From the NCBI GenBank assembly GCA_963790305.1, contig CAWBOC010000006.1, forward strand, positions 320,001 through 384,000: DNA of 64,000 bases, written 5' to 3'. Made by a program: the position numbers and the translations under genes. The notes beneath the pieces are model-generated. The model was not told the DNA's origin. It did no database searches and was given only the letters and a program-made list of their open reading frames with translations. How positions within the stretch are numbered: position 1 is the first letter of the stretch; each line of letters begins with the position of its first letter. Of the stretch, positions 9,864-18,899 are shown piece after piece. The DNA is from an uncultured Gemmatimonadaceae bacterium (lineage in GTDB: Bacteria > Gemmatimonadota > Gemmatimonadetes > Gemmatimonadales > Gemmatimonadaceae).

Positions 9864-11554
9864 GCCGCACCTCCACGCACCGCGCGATTCACCGCATTGC
9901 GCACGAGCACATCCTTGTCTCCCTGAGCGCGCTGCAGCGCGTCGGTCGCCTCCCGTGTGCCGATCTTACCGAGCGCCATGGCGGCGCAGGCACGAAGCTC
10001 GGAGTCTTCGCGCTTCCCGAGGAAGCCCTTCCCGTTGAGCAGGCCGTCGAGGAACGCGATGCCAGCCGCAGCCGCGAGTGACCCGTAGGCCTCGAAGAAC
10101 GCCATCTTCTCGGTCAGGTCCGCCTCGCGCAGCGAGCGCCCTTTCACCGCGGACTCCACTTTCGCCAGCGCGCCGCGCTGCCCGCGACCGCCGAGAACGC
10201 GGACGGCGGCGACGCGGACATCGCGTTCGCTGTCGTCCACCGCCCGTTCGAGTTGTTGGAGGGCGCCGGCCGAATTGATTTCCGCGAGTGCCTGGACCGC
10301 CGTCAGACGGAGCTTTGGCGCTTCGTGCCCGAGAAGCTTCCCGAGTGGTGCGACGGCGGCGGCAGTCTTGAGCCCGCCCGCGCGACGCGCCGACTCCAGT
10401 GAGATCTCGACGTCGGATGACCCGATGAGCTTGACGAGCTCGGCGGTGTTGGCAGCGGCCAGCCGCGCCGCCGCGATCTCGATCGCCGCTTTCACTTCGG
10501 CATGCTGCAGTCGGCCCAGCCACGTAAAGAGTGTGCCGAGGGACGTGGGCCGAAGCTGCTCGAAGAGCTCGTTGAGCTCCGTCTGGTTAGGCACCGTGGC
10601 CGACTCGTCCATCGCCTGGAGCAGGTTGGAGAGCGGCCCTGCCGCGCTGAGACGATCGGGAAGTCCGACGAGCTTCGTCTTGTGTGCCGCATCGAGCTCG
10701 CGCGCGCGCGCCGACAGCTCCTGCGATTCACGCAGCACGTAGGCGACCGTCGAGAAATGACCCGCGGAGAGGAGATGCATCAGGAAATTCTCGAGAATGT
10801 CCGAGATCTCGTCGCGAACGGGCTTCCCCGGCTGCAGCTCGAATATGTCGAGCAGGATCGCCAGGACGTTTCGCCGAACGTCGCTCCCGTATTCCTTCTG
10901 CACTTCCGTCCGGAGGTAGTCGATCTCGTTCTCATCCAGGAAGTGCACGGTGGAGTCGAGATCCTCGAGGCGCACGATGCCAGGTCTGGCCTCCGGCTCG
11001 GCCTCCATCTGCTGCGGCGGCGGCAACGGCTCGGGTCGCTCGGCCGGCACGCTCGGTTCGATCGGGTTCTTGTTCTCGAGGGTGAGATCGATGAACCGAT
11101 AGCGCAGGAGCGTGAAGTCCTTCTCCCAGATCAGGGTGAGAAGGTCGTCCTCTTCAGGCGATGCCTTCTTCACGCGCTTGAGGATGTCGAGCAGCCCGAC
11201 GACCTCCGTCTCCTCGAATCCCTTCATGAGGCGCAGCTCGCGGATCCCGTCCTTGAAGAAGATCCAGGGCAAGCTTTCCGACTTGTTCGCCTCGTGCATG
11301 ACGACGCGCCCTTCCCAGCGGAAATCCGCTTCCGTAATGGTGAGCGCTATCTCCTCGACGTGCGACCACACCGGCAGGAACGCGCGCTTGAGATTCTCGA
11401 GCGCGCGCTGATACACCGGGTTGTTGGGCAGGTACAGCTGGTGCGCGCGAATCCCTTTGACGAGGACCTTGAGCATCTCCTCGACGAGTGCCGGCGAAAA
11501 CGGAGGCTCGGCGAGCTCGTGGGTGGCGGGGACCGGCTGCGACTGCGTGCTCAC
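9860..11554 (-). CDS. HEAT-repeat protein
   Basis: C-terminal PBS/HEAT repeats ([34 protein letters not shown]); 4-nt overlaps with both neighbours. Confidence 0.82.
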   Translation of the reverse strand: MSTQSQPVPATHELAEPPFSPALVEEMLKVLVKGIRAHQLYLPNNPVYQRALENLKRAFLPVWSHVEEIALTITEADFRWEGRVVMHEANKSESLPWIFFKDGIRELRLMKGFEETEVVGLLDILKRVKKASPEEDDLLTLIWEKDFTLLRYRFIDLTLENKNPIEPSVPAERPEPLPPPQQMEAEPEARPGIVRLEDLDSTVHFLDENEIDYLRTEVQKEYGSDVRRNVLAILLDIFELQPGKPVRDEISDILENFLMHLLSAGHFSTVAYVLRESQELSARARELDAAHKTKLVGLPDRLSAAGPLSNLLQAMDESATVPNQTELNELFEQLRPTSLGTLFTWLGRLQHAEVKAAIEIAAARLAAANTAELVKLIGSSDVEISLESARRAGGLKTAAAVAPLGKLLGHEAPKLRLTAVQALAEINSAGALQQLERAVDDSERDVRVAAVRVLGGRGQRGALAKVESAVKGRSLREADLTEKMAFFEAYGSLAAAAGIAFLDGLLNGKGFLGKREDSELRACAAMALGKIGTREATDALQRAQGDKDVLVRNAVNRAVRGGAA

Positions 11555-12741
11555 ACGTCCGCTCCGGTAGCAGCGCTCACGTGCGCTACATCCTTGTCCC
11601 CGCGGCCGCTCACGCAGAGCAGCACCTGGGCATCCGGCTTCCAGCTTCCGCGCTGACCGTCGATCCAGGCGACGGCGTGCGCCGTCTCCAGTGCCGGGAT
11701 GATCCCCTCGAGCCGGGCAAGCAGCTCGAAGCCGGCAACGGCATCGCGGTCGGAAACGGCGACGTACCGCGCACGACCCGTGTCCTTGAGGTATGCGTGC
11801 TCGGGGCCGACGCCCGGATAGTCGAGGCCGGCGGAGATCGAGTGCGCGGGGTGCACCTGGCCGTGGGCGTCCTGCAGGAGGTAGCTCAGCGAGCCATGAA
11901 GAACGCCCGGCCGGCCGCGCGAGAGCGACGCTGCATGGTGCTCGGTGTCGAGTCCTTCGCCGGCGGCTTCCACCCCCACGAGCTCGACATCGGCGTCTGA
12001 GACGAACGCGTGGAAGATCCCCATGGCGTTGGATCCACCGCCGACGCACGCGACGACCGTCGACGGAAGCCGCCCGGTCTCACTCAGCATCTGCTCGCGC
12101 GCCTCGTGCCCGATCACGGCCTGGAAATCCCGGACGAGCCGGGGGTAGGGCGCTGGCCCCACCACCGAACCGATGATGTAGTGACTGTCGTTGACGGAGG
12201 CGACCCAATCGCGAATGGCTTCACTCGTAGCATCCTTCAGCGTTCGCGTCCCGGAGGTGACGGGAATCACCTGCGCTCCCATGAGACGCATGCGGTAGAC
12301 GTTTAGCGCCTGCCGCCGCATGTCTTCCTCGCCCATGTACACCACGCACTGCATCCCGAATCGCGCGCACACGGTCGCCGTTGCTACCCCGTGCTGCCCC
12401 GCGCCGGTCTCTGCGATGATCCGGCGCTTTCCCATTCGCCGCGCCAACAACGCCTGTCCGAGAACGTTGTTGATCTTGTGCGCGCCAGTGTGATTCAGGT
12501 CTTCCCGCTTGAGCCAGACTGCGGCGCCGACCCGCTCTGAGAAGCGAGGGGCGCTGCTCAACGGAGAAGGACGACCCACATACTTATTAAGCAAACTCTC
12601 CAATTCGGCCCGGAACGCGGGGTCCCGGCGAGCCGATTCGTAGGCTTGCTCGAGCTCATCGAGCGCGGGGATGAGCGTCTCCGGCACGTAGCGTCCGCCG
12701 AACGCGCCGAAGCGGTCACGCGCTCCCGCGCCCGCCGTCAC
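11551..12741 (-). CDS. trpB: Tryptophan synthase beta chain
   Basis: [54 protein letters not shown]. Confidence 0.98.
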   Translation of the reverse strand: MTAGAGARDRFGAFGGRYVPETLIPALDELEQAYESARRDPAFRAELESLLNKYVGRPSPLSSAPRFSERVGAAVWLKREDLNHTGAHKINNVLGQALLARRMGKRRIIAETGAGQHGVATATVCARFGMQCVVYMGEEDMRRQALNVYRMRLMGAQVIPVTSGTRTLKDATSEAIRDWVASVNDSHYIIGSVVGPAPYPRLVRDFQAVIGHEAREQMLSETGRLPSTVVACVGGGSNAMGIFHAFVSDADVELVGVEAAGEGLDTEHHAASLSRGRPGVLHGSLSYLLQDAHGQVHPAHSISAGLDYPGVGPEHAYLKDTGRARYVAVSDRDAVAGFELLARLEGIIPALETAHAVAWIDGQRGSWKPDAQVLLCVSGRGDKDVAHVSAATGADV

Positions 12742-13379
12742 GGGACGTTTCTCACGGCTGCCGCGAAGGCTCGCATGAGCCCGTGGTCTTTTATGCCCGG
12801 ACCCGTCTCCACACCCGACGAGACATCCACGACGTCGGGTCGAACGGCGGCGATGGCGCGCGAGACGACTTCCGGTGTGAGGCCACCCGCGAGAACGATG
12901 CGAGCCCGCTCGCGTCGATGTGAATCGAGCAGATTTGTGAGCAAGCCCCAGTCGAACGCGCGGCCGGTGCCCCCGAGCACACCGTCGGATCGCGTGTCGA
13001 ACAGTATTGCGTCGGCACTTGACATGAGAGCGTCCAAGTCAGCCTCGGTAACATCGTTAGCGATCCGCATCGCAGCCCACGTCTCAAGTCCGCTGGCGGC
13101 CTTCACCGCCGACACATCCCCCGGTGTTGGATCGCCGTGAAGCTGCACGACGTCGAGCGCCGCCCTCTCGGCAATCCGCGCGATGTCGGCCACCGCTTGA
13201 TTGCCGAAGACACCGACACGCCGAGCGCTGCGTACTCGTTCGAAGAGCGATCGAGCCTCGTCGGCGGTGACCTGACGCGGACCGCCGGCGAACACGGCGC
13301 CCACGAACGCGGCCCCCAGGTCGACGGCGACCTCGACGTCGGCACTGCGCGTGAGACCGCAGAACTTGATGGCGGTCAT
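12738..13379 (-). CDS. trpF: Phosphoribosylanthranilate isomerase
   Basis: [33 protein letters not shown]. Confidence 0.95.
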   Translation of the reverse strand: MTAIKFCGLTRSADVEVAVDLGAAFVGAVFAGGPRQVTADEARSLFERVRSARRVGVFGNQAVADIARIAERAALDVVQLHGDPTPGDVSAVKAASGLETWAAMRIANDVTEADLDALMSSADAILFDTRSDGVLGGTGRAFDWGLLTNLLDSHRRERARIVLAGGLTPEVVSRAIAAVRPDVVDVSSGVETGPGIKDHGLMRAFAAAVRNVP

Positions 13380-14194
13380 CGACCTCGGCGCTCGACGCCG
13401 GTGAGAGCGCGCACCGCCGATGCTGCATCCCCGGCAGAGGAGAGAGAAGAGCCGATGAGAACCGCATCAGCGCCCGCCCGCGCTGCGCGCTCGACGTCGG
13501 CGATCGTCTGCATGCCGCTCTCCGCGATCGCAATGGCGTCCGCGGGCACGCGCGGGAGCAGCCGGTCGATGGCGCGCGCATCCACCTCGAGCGTCTCGAG
13601 GTCGCGGGAGTTGACGCCGATTGCACGGCCCCGTGCGTGGAGCGCTGCTTCGAGCTCTTGCTCCGTGCGCACCTCGATCAGCGGCTCCACGTCCCACTCC
13701 CGCGCCGTTTGCGCCAACGCGACGAGCTCCGCCTCCGGGAGTGCACGCGCGATCAAGAGGACGGCGGAGGCGCCCCACGCGCGCGCTTCGATGATCTGCG
13801 TCTCATCGATGATGAAGTCCTTGCGCAGCAGCGGAACCGTGACGGCGGCAGACGCGTCCACGAGGTCCTGTTCGCTCCCCGCGAAGTGCATCGGCTCGGT
13901 GAGTATCGAGATCGCGGCTGCTCCACCCCGCTGGTATTGACGCGCGCGTGAGGCGGGGTCGAGCTCCACGTTGATCTCACCTCGGGATGGTGACCGGCGT
14001 TTCACTTCCGCGATCACCGCTACCCTCTCCGCGCGCAACGCCGTGACGAAATCGGGGCGCCGATCGGCCGTTCGAGCCCGCATTTCGAGGTCCGAGCGAT
14101 GAGCGCGTGCCGTCGCGACCCGTCTGCTCGTCTCGTGTATGATCCGACCGAGCACACCAGTCGGCGGGGTCCATTTGGCAGGAAATGCTTGCAC
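13376..14194 (-). CDS. trpC: Indole-3-glycerol phosphate synthase
   Basis: IAEVKRRSPSRG, ISILTE, LRKDFII, GVNSRDL, IAESG. Confidence 0.95.
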   Translation of the reverse strand: MQAFPAKWTPPTGVLGRIIHETSRRVATARAHRSDLEMRARTADRRPDFVTALRAERVAVIAEVKRRSPSRGEINVELDPASRARQYQRGGAAAISILTEPMHFAGSEQDLVDASAAVTVPLLRKDFIIDETQIIEARAWGASAVLLIARALPEAELVALAQTAREWDVEPLIEVRTEQELEAALHARGRAIGVNSRDLETLEVDARAIDRLLPRVPADAIAIAESGMQTIADVERAARAGADAVLIGSSLSSAGDAASAVRALTGVERRGR

Positions 14195-14242
14195 TTCGGC
14201 GACTGTTCGGCTAATGTCTATTCGGGCTCTTTTCGGTCAGTC
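14194..14242. promoter_or_regulatory. Candidate LexA operator: 11-bp-period NTTCGG direct repeats
   Basis: TTCGG at 14195, 14206, 14221 and 14232 (two pairs spaced 11 bp) upstream of lexA. Confidence 0.45.
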
Positions 14243-14282
14243 TGGCCGGACGCCCGCTACTCTCGTGAACCAGGGGCACGCC

Positions 14283-14891
14283 ATGCCGCTTACCAAGCGT
14301 CAGCGCGAGATTCTCGACTTTCTCACCAGCTACTCGGAGCAGAACGGCTACGCGCCGAGCTTCGAGGAGATCGCGCGGCAATTCAACTATAACTCGCTGG
14401 CGACGGTGCATGAGCACCTCACCAACCTCGAGCGCAAGGGATACATCAAGCGCGCGTACAACGAGAGTCGCGCGATCGAGATCCTCCCCTCCGAGGTGAA
14501 TCCGCGTGCGGTAGAGCTTCCCCTCCTGGGAAGCGTCGCCGCCGGTATGCCGATCGAGGCGGTCGCGACCAACGAGAGCATCTCGGTTCCCGAGGATTTC
14601 GTGCGACGCAGCGAGAATCATTACTGTCTTCGCGTGCGCGGAAACTCGATGATCGACGAGCAAATCCGCGACGGCGACTTCGTCGTCGTGGCGAGCCGCA
14701 ATCGCGCCGACAACGGCGAGATGGTGATCGCGCTGGTGAACAACGCTGCGGCCACTGTGAAGAAGTTCTATCGCGAGCGGGACGGCCGCATCCGCCTCCA
14801 GCCGGCCAACGAGACGATGTCACCGATTTACGTGCACGAGAACGAGGTGACGATTCAGGGGATCGTTGTCGGAGTCATGCGCAAGTACTAG
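14283..14891 (+). CDS. lexA: SOS repressor LexA
   Basis: LTKRQREIL..PSFEEI HTH; VAAG cleavage site; RVRGNSM (Ser) and TVKKF (Lys). Confidence 0.96.
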   Translation: MPLTKRQREILDFLTSYSEQNGYAPSFEEIARQFNYNSLATVHEHLTNLERKGYIKRAYNESRAIEILPSEVNPRAVELPLLGSVAAGMPIEAVATNESISVPEDFVRRSENHYCLRVRGNSMIDEQIRDGDFVVVASRNRADNGEMVIALVNNAAATVKKFYRERDGRIRLQPANETMSPIYVHENEVTIQGIVVGVMRKY

Positions 14892-14898
14892 AAGTGCT

Positions 14899-14953
14899 GG
14901 AGTCAGGAATCAGGAGTCAGGGGCGAGGAATTCGATTCCTCGCCCCTGCTCCT
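14899..14953 (+). terminator. Hairpin terminator preceded by GGAGTCA-type heptamers
   Basis: CAGGGGCGAGGAAT-tcg-ATTCCTCGCCCCTG stem between convergent lexA and trpD. Confidence 0.7.
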
Positions 14954-14982
14954 TTATAGCAGCCGACGGCTCCACAAGAGCC

Positions 14983-16017
14983 TCATTTTTTCGCGCTCGC
15001 CGCGCGTAGTCGCTCGAGCGCCCGGATCCCTGCTCCGCTAGTGAGCGAGTCCTCGGCTTGATCGACCGAACGGGCGAAATCGTCATGATCGCCGCTCACA
15101 TGAATCGCCGCGGCCGCGTTGAGCACGACCGCCGCGCGCGCTCCACCGGCGATTCCTCCAGCAAGAATGCCCTCGATGATGCTCGCATTGAGTCGCGGCT
15201 CGGCACCGGCGAGCTCGCGTGCGTCACGCGCGGTGAGCCCGAGCGGCGCAGGATCGATCGTCCACTCTCGGACCTGGCCGGTGCGCACTTCGAGCACGCG
15301 CGTTGGACCGAGTGGAGATACCTCGTCCATCCCCGGCTCGCCGTGCACGACCATCGATCGGCGACTTCCCAGTTCCGCCAACGCCCCCGCCAGAAGCGGA
15401 AGGCGATGCGCATCGGCGACGCCCACGACTTGACGTCCCGCTCCGGCGGGATTCGCGAGCGGACCGAGCACGTTCATTACGGTGTGTATCGCCAGCTCCC
15501 GGCGCACCGGTCCGACGTGCCGCATGGCCGGATGCATTAAGGGTGCAAACATGAAGACGATTCCCGCCTCACGGAGTGTGGCGATCATTTCGTCGACCGT
15601 GCAATCGATACGGACGCCGAGGGCCTCCAGGACGTCGGCGCTTCCACACTGCGAGGTGAACGACCGGTTGCCGTGCTTCGCGATGCGGACGCCGGCGCCG
15701 GCCGCCACCAGAGCCGCCGCGGTCGAAATGTTGAACGTCGTCACCGTGCCCCCGCCGGTTCCGCAGGTGTCGACCAGCGTCTCGGGCGCATCGGCCGGAA
15801 GCCGCACCATCGCGTCGCGCAGCGCCCGCGCCCCGCCCGCGACCTCGTGCATCGTTTCCCCTTTCACCCGCAGAGCCACGAGGATCGCGGCCACCTGGGC
15901 AGGGCTCGCCTCCCCGCGCATGATCGCGCCGAACGCGTCCGCCGTATCCTCGGCGCTCAACGACTGGCCCCCGGCGAGCTGGCGAATCGCTCGCGCGAGC
16001 GGCTCAATGGGTGCCAA
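14983..16017 (-). CDS. trpD: Anthranilate phosphoribosyltransferase
   Basis: DTCGTGG, FNIST, KHGNRS, GSADVLE, LGPLANP. Confidence 0.97.
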   Translation of the reverse strand: MAPIEPLARAIRQLAGGQSLSAEDTADAFGAIMRGEASPAQVAAILVALRVKGETMHEVAGGARALRDAMVRLPADAPETLVDTCGTGGGTVTTFNISTAAALVAAGAGVRIAKHGNRSFTSQCGSADVLEALGVRIDCTVDEMIATLREAGIVFMFAPLMHPAMRHVGPVRRELAIHTVMNVLGPLANPAGAGRQVVGVADAHRLPLLAGALAELGSRRSMVVHGEPGMDEVSPLGPTRVLEVRTGQVREWTIDPAPLGLTARDARELAGAEPRLNASIIEGILAGGIAGGARAAVVLNAAAAIHVSGDHDDFARSVDQAEDSLTSGAGIRALERLRAASAKK

Positions 16018-17320
16018 TGGTCTCCAGCAGACGCTCGGGGAGCGCTGCGTTGGTGGCGACGAGCGCGATCACCAGTGCCAGCAGCCGCACGCGCTCGACG
16101 TCCTCTTCGAGAAAGAGCCCTTGCCGCGCCCGATTCGTGAGGTTGACCACACCCACGAGCTCCTCCCGGTAGACAAGGGGAAAGCTGATGAACGATCCCG
16201 TCGTGAAATACTGATCGCGCAGGAGCGGATGCTTCGTCGCGTCGCTCACGTCCTGCACGAGAATCGGCTCGCGCGACGCGGCCACGCGCCCTGCCACCCC
16301 TTGCCCGATCGGAATACGGCGCCCGTCGAGGATACCGGGTTGTAGCCCGCGTGAGGCAGCGAGGAAGAGGTGATCTCCATCCGGAGCCCGGAGCATGAGC
16401 GACACGCGCTGCGCCTGCATGTCGTCACCGACGAGCGAAAGCAGCTCGTCGACGAGCTGCCGGGCATCGGTCGTGCTCGCGTCGAGTCCGAGCACGCGCT
16501 CGATGAGATAGAGGGTGCGGGTCTTTTCGCGGACCGCTTCCGCACGGCGGTGAAGCTCGATGTGCGCCTGCTCGAGCTGCCCCACCGCGGCACCCACCTG
16601 TTGCTCGACGGCCTGCGCTCGCCTCGTTGCCCGGCGCGCTTCCTCCTTCGCGCGCGCCGCATCCGCCTCCAGCGCGACCAGGCGCTCAGCGGCAATCCCG
16701 CCCTCGCCACGTGCCGCGGCGCCACGCACCTGCGCGAGCTCCTGGTCGAGCTCGGAGAGGCGCTTGACGTATTCGCCGTGAACGCGCTGCGTAACGTCCT
16801 CCAGCGTGCGCACCGCTTCCTGGCGCGCTTCGCGTTCGGAGAATCGCGCGAATGCGAGCTCGAAGAGCGCGACGTAAGGGCCAAAGCGCTCGACCACGCG
16901 GGTGCCGAAGATCCTGCGCGGCTCGTAGAGCGCGATCACCGCCTCGAGATGGCCGTCGAGCGGGATGCCGCGCAGGGAAAGAAGCCCATCATCGCTCGTC
17001 GGTCGCATCCCGAGGAGACGCGCTATCTCCTCGGAGCGCTCACCGAGGTCGACGAACTGTCCCCCTCCACTCACGATGACGCGAACCTTCGCCGGAATGT
17101 GGTCCAGCTTGGTGTCGGCGCGCGCGCGCTCGACCGCGCCACCGTCGTTCATCGTGACGCGCTCGCGAAGCATCTCACGCCGCGCATCATAGCGATACAG
17201 CGCCAGGGACGTGGACCGGTCCACCTCCGCGAGCGCTTCCGCCAGCGCCACGAACGCGGTGTCGAGGTCCGCGGAGGCGCCGAGGGCATGCGCAAGCGAG
17301 GCTAGCGTGCGGGGCGGCAT
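16004..17320 (-). CDS. GAF-domain protein (GAF-like, coiled coil, GAF) with no recognisable output domain
   Basis: C-terminal GAF (IPIGQGVAGRVA...SFISFPL...LVGVVNL); heptad-rich centre; stop overlaps trpD start. Confidence 0.75.
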   Translation of the reverse strand: MPPRTLASLAHALGASADLDTAFVALAEALAEVDRSTSLALYRYDARREMLRERVTMNDGGAVERARADTKLDHIPAKVRVIVSGGGQFVDLGERSEEIARLLGMRPTSDDGLLSLRGIPLDGHLEAVIALYEPRRIFGTRVVERFGPYVALFELAFARFSEREARQEAVRTLEDVTQRVHGEYVKRLSELDQELAQVRGAAARGEGGIAAERLVALEADAARAKEEARRATRRAQAVEQQVGAAVGQLEQAHIELHRRAEAVREKTRTLYLIERVLGLDASTTDARQLVDELLSLVGDDMQAQRVSLMLRAPDGDHLFLAASRGLQPGILDGRRIPIGQGVAGRVAASREPILVQDVSDATKHPLLRDQYFTTGSFISFPLVYREELVGVVNLTNRARQGLFLEEDVERVRLLALVIALVATNAALPERLLETIGTH

Positions 17321-17364
17321 TTTCGGGGCGGGAAGCGGCGCGTGGACGGCTGCGCGGGAGTGCC

Positions 17365-17394
17365 AATGTACCGGCGTACGTAGAGGACTGTCAA
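17365..17394 (-). promoter_or_regulatory. Sigma70-like promoter for the GAF protein-trpD unit
   Basis: TTGACA-N18-TACATT on minus strand. Confidence 0.5.
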
Positions 17395-17453
17395 TCGGTT
17401 GGACGATTGTCCATTTGGTTGCGGCACATGGTCGCGCGGCGTAACTTTCGCTC

Positions 17454-18233
17454 GTGACGCGTGAGCGCACCGTGCAGCTCGTGCTGCATTATGACGGCGC
17501 CGAATTCGCCGGCTGGCAGCGGCAACCGGCACAGCGCACGGTGCAGGGCGTGCTCGAGGACGCGCTGGCGCAGTTGTGCGGATCGCCAGTGGCGGCGCTG
17601 GGAGCGGGGCGCACGGATGCTGGCGTGCATGCGCGAGGGCAAGCGGTCGGCGTCCGCGTACCGGCCAAGTGGGAGCGAGCGCCACTGCGGCGCGCGCTGA
17701 ACGGAGTTCTCCCACGCGACGTGTGGGTGGCAGCGGCGCACGACATGCGATCGGAGTTTCATGCTCGCTACGATGCGACGGCGCGGCGATACAGCTATTA
17801 CGTGGGCACCGACGAGCTCGCGTACTCCCCCTTTCGCCGGCGGTGGGAATGGCCCGTGCACCAGTCCCTCGATCGCACACGACTCAATGAGGCGGCGACC
17901 GCGATTCATGGTGAGCATCGGTTTCTCGCGTTCGCGGTGCGGGGTACCGCGCCGGCGACCGATGAGCATCGCTGCACGATCCATCATGCCGCGTGGCGCG
18001 ACCGACCAGGCGGCCTCGTATTCGAGATCGAGGCGAATCGCTTTCTGCACCACATGGTCCGCTTCCTCGTGGGCACCATGATCGAGGTCGCCGCCGGCCA
18101 GCGGCCGGCAGACTCCATGTCGGTGTTGCTCGCCGCGACGGACAACCGGGAGACGTCGGCCCCCGCGCCCGCGAACGCGCTCTTTCTGGACGCCGTGCAC
18201 TACCCTCGTGACCTCTACCTGACGGCCGAATGA
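17454..18233 (+). CDS. truA: tRNA pseudouridine(38-40) synthase
   Basis: YDGAEFAGWQRQ, AGRTDAGVHA, FHARY, FLHHMVR. Confidence 0.96.
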   Translation: MTRERTVQLVLHYDGAEFAGWQRQPAQRTVQGVLEDALAQLCGSPVAALGAGRTDAGVHARGQAVGVRVPAKWERAPLRRALNGVLPRDVWVAAAHDMRSEFHARYDATARRYSYYVGTDELAYSPFRRRWEWPVHQSLDRTRLNEAATAIHGEHRFLAFAVRGTAPATDEHRCTIHHAAWRDRPGGLVFEIEANRFLHHMVRFLVGTMIEVAAGQRPADSMSVLLAATDNRETSAPAPANALFLDAVHYPRDLYLTAE

Positions 18234-18898
18234 AGATCTTCCTCGACACTGCATCGCTGCCGGAGATCGTGTGGGCCGCCGGCGCGGGACTCATCGATGG
18301 AGTGACGACGAACCCATCGCTCCTCGCGCAGGAGGACTCCGATACCGATCCGCGAGACCATTTGACCGAGATCGCGCGCTCGGTGAGCGGTCCGGTTGGC
18401 GCGGAAGTAGTCGCGGTCGATGCGGAAGGGATGTATCGCGAAGGACGCGACCTGGCGAAGGTCGCTGACAGCATCATCGTCATGGTGCCGATGCTCGAAG
18501 ACGGGATCGTCGCCACACGGCGATTGACGTCGGAGGGCATTCGCGTGTGTACGACGCTCGTCTTCACCCCGGCGCAGGCGCTCCTCGCCGCGAAGTCGGG
18601 CGCACGCTACGTGAGCCCGTTCGTCGGGCGCCTCGAGGACATCGGGCAGGACGGCGTGTCGGTCGTCGCGCAGACGCGCGAGATCTTCATGCACTACGGC
18701 CTCGAGTGCGAGCTACTGGCCGCGTCGGTTCGTACGCCTTTGCACTTCATTGGATGCGCTCGGGCGGGCGCCGATGCGGCCACCGTTCCACCAGCGGTGC
18801 TGCGAAACATGCTCGTGCACCCGCTCACGGATCGTGGCGTCGACCAGTTCCTCCACGATTGGAGCAAGCGAATTGCTCGTAGCCGCGCGGGGGTGTGA
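18230..18898 (+). CDS. Transaldolase/fructose-6-phosphate aldolase family protein (Schiff-base Lys replaced by Met)
   Basis: MKIFLDTA, GVTTNPSL, YVSPFVGR, LAASVR, HPLTDRG; IIVMVPM where VxKIP is expected. Confidence 0.85.
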   Translation: MKIFLDTASLPEIVWAAGAGLIDGVTTNPSLLAQEDSDTDPRDHLTEIARSVSGPVGAEVVAVDAEGMYREGRDLAKVADSIIVMVPMLEDGIVATRRLTSEGIRVCTTLVFTPAQALLAAKSGARYVSPFVGRLEDIGQDGVSVVAQTREIFMHYGLECELLAASVRTPLHFIGCARAGADAATVPPAVLRNMLVHPLTDRGVDQFLHDWSKRIARSRAGV

Positions 18899-18899
18899 T

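Noticed and set aside
17400..17413. TGGAC-N4-GTCCA palindrome as an operator
   Set aside because: Only 5-bp arms, single instance, no candidate regulator
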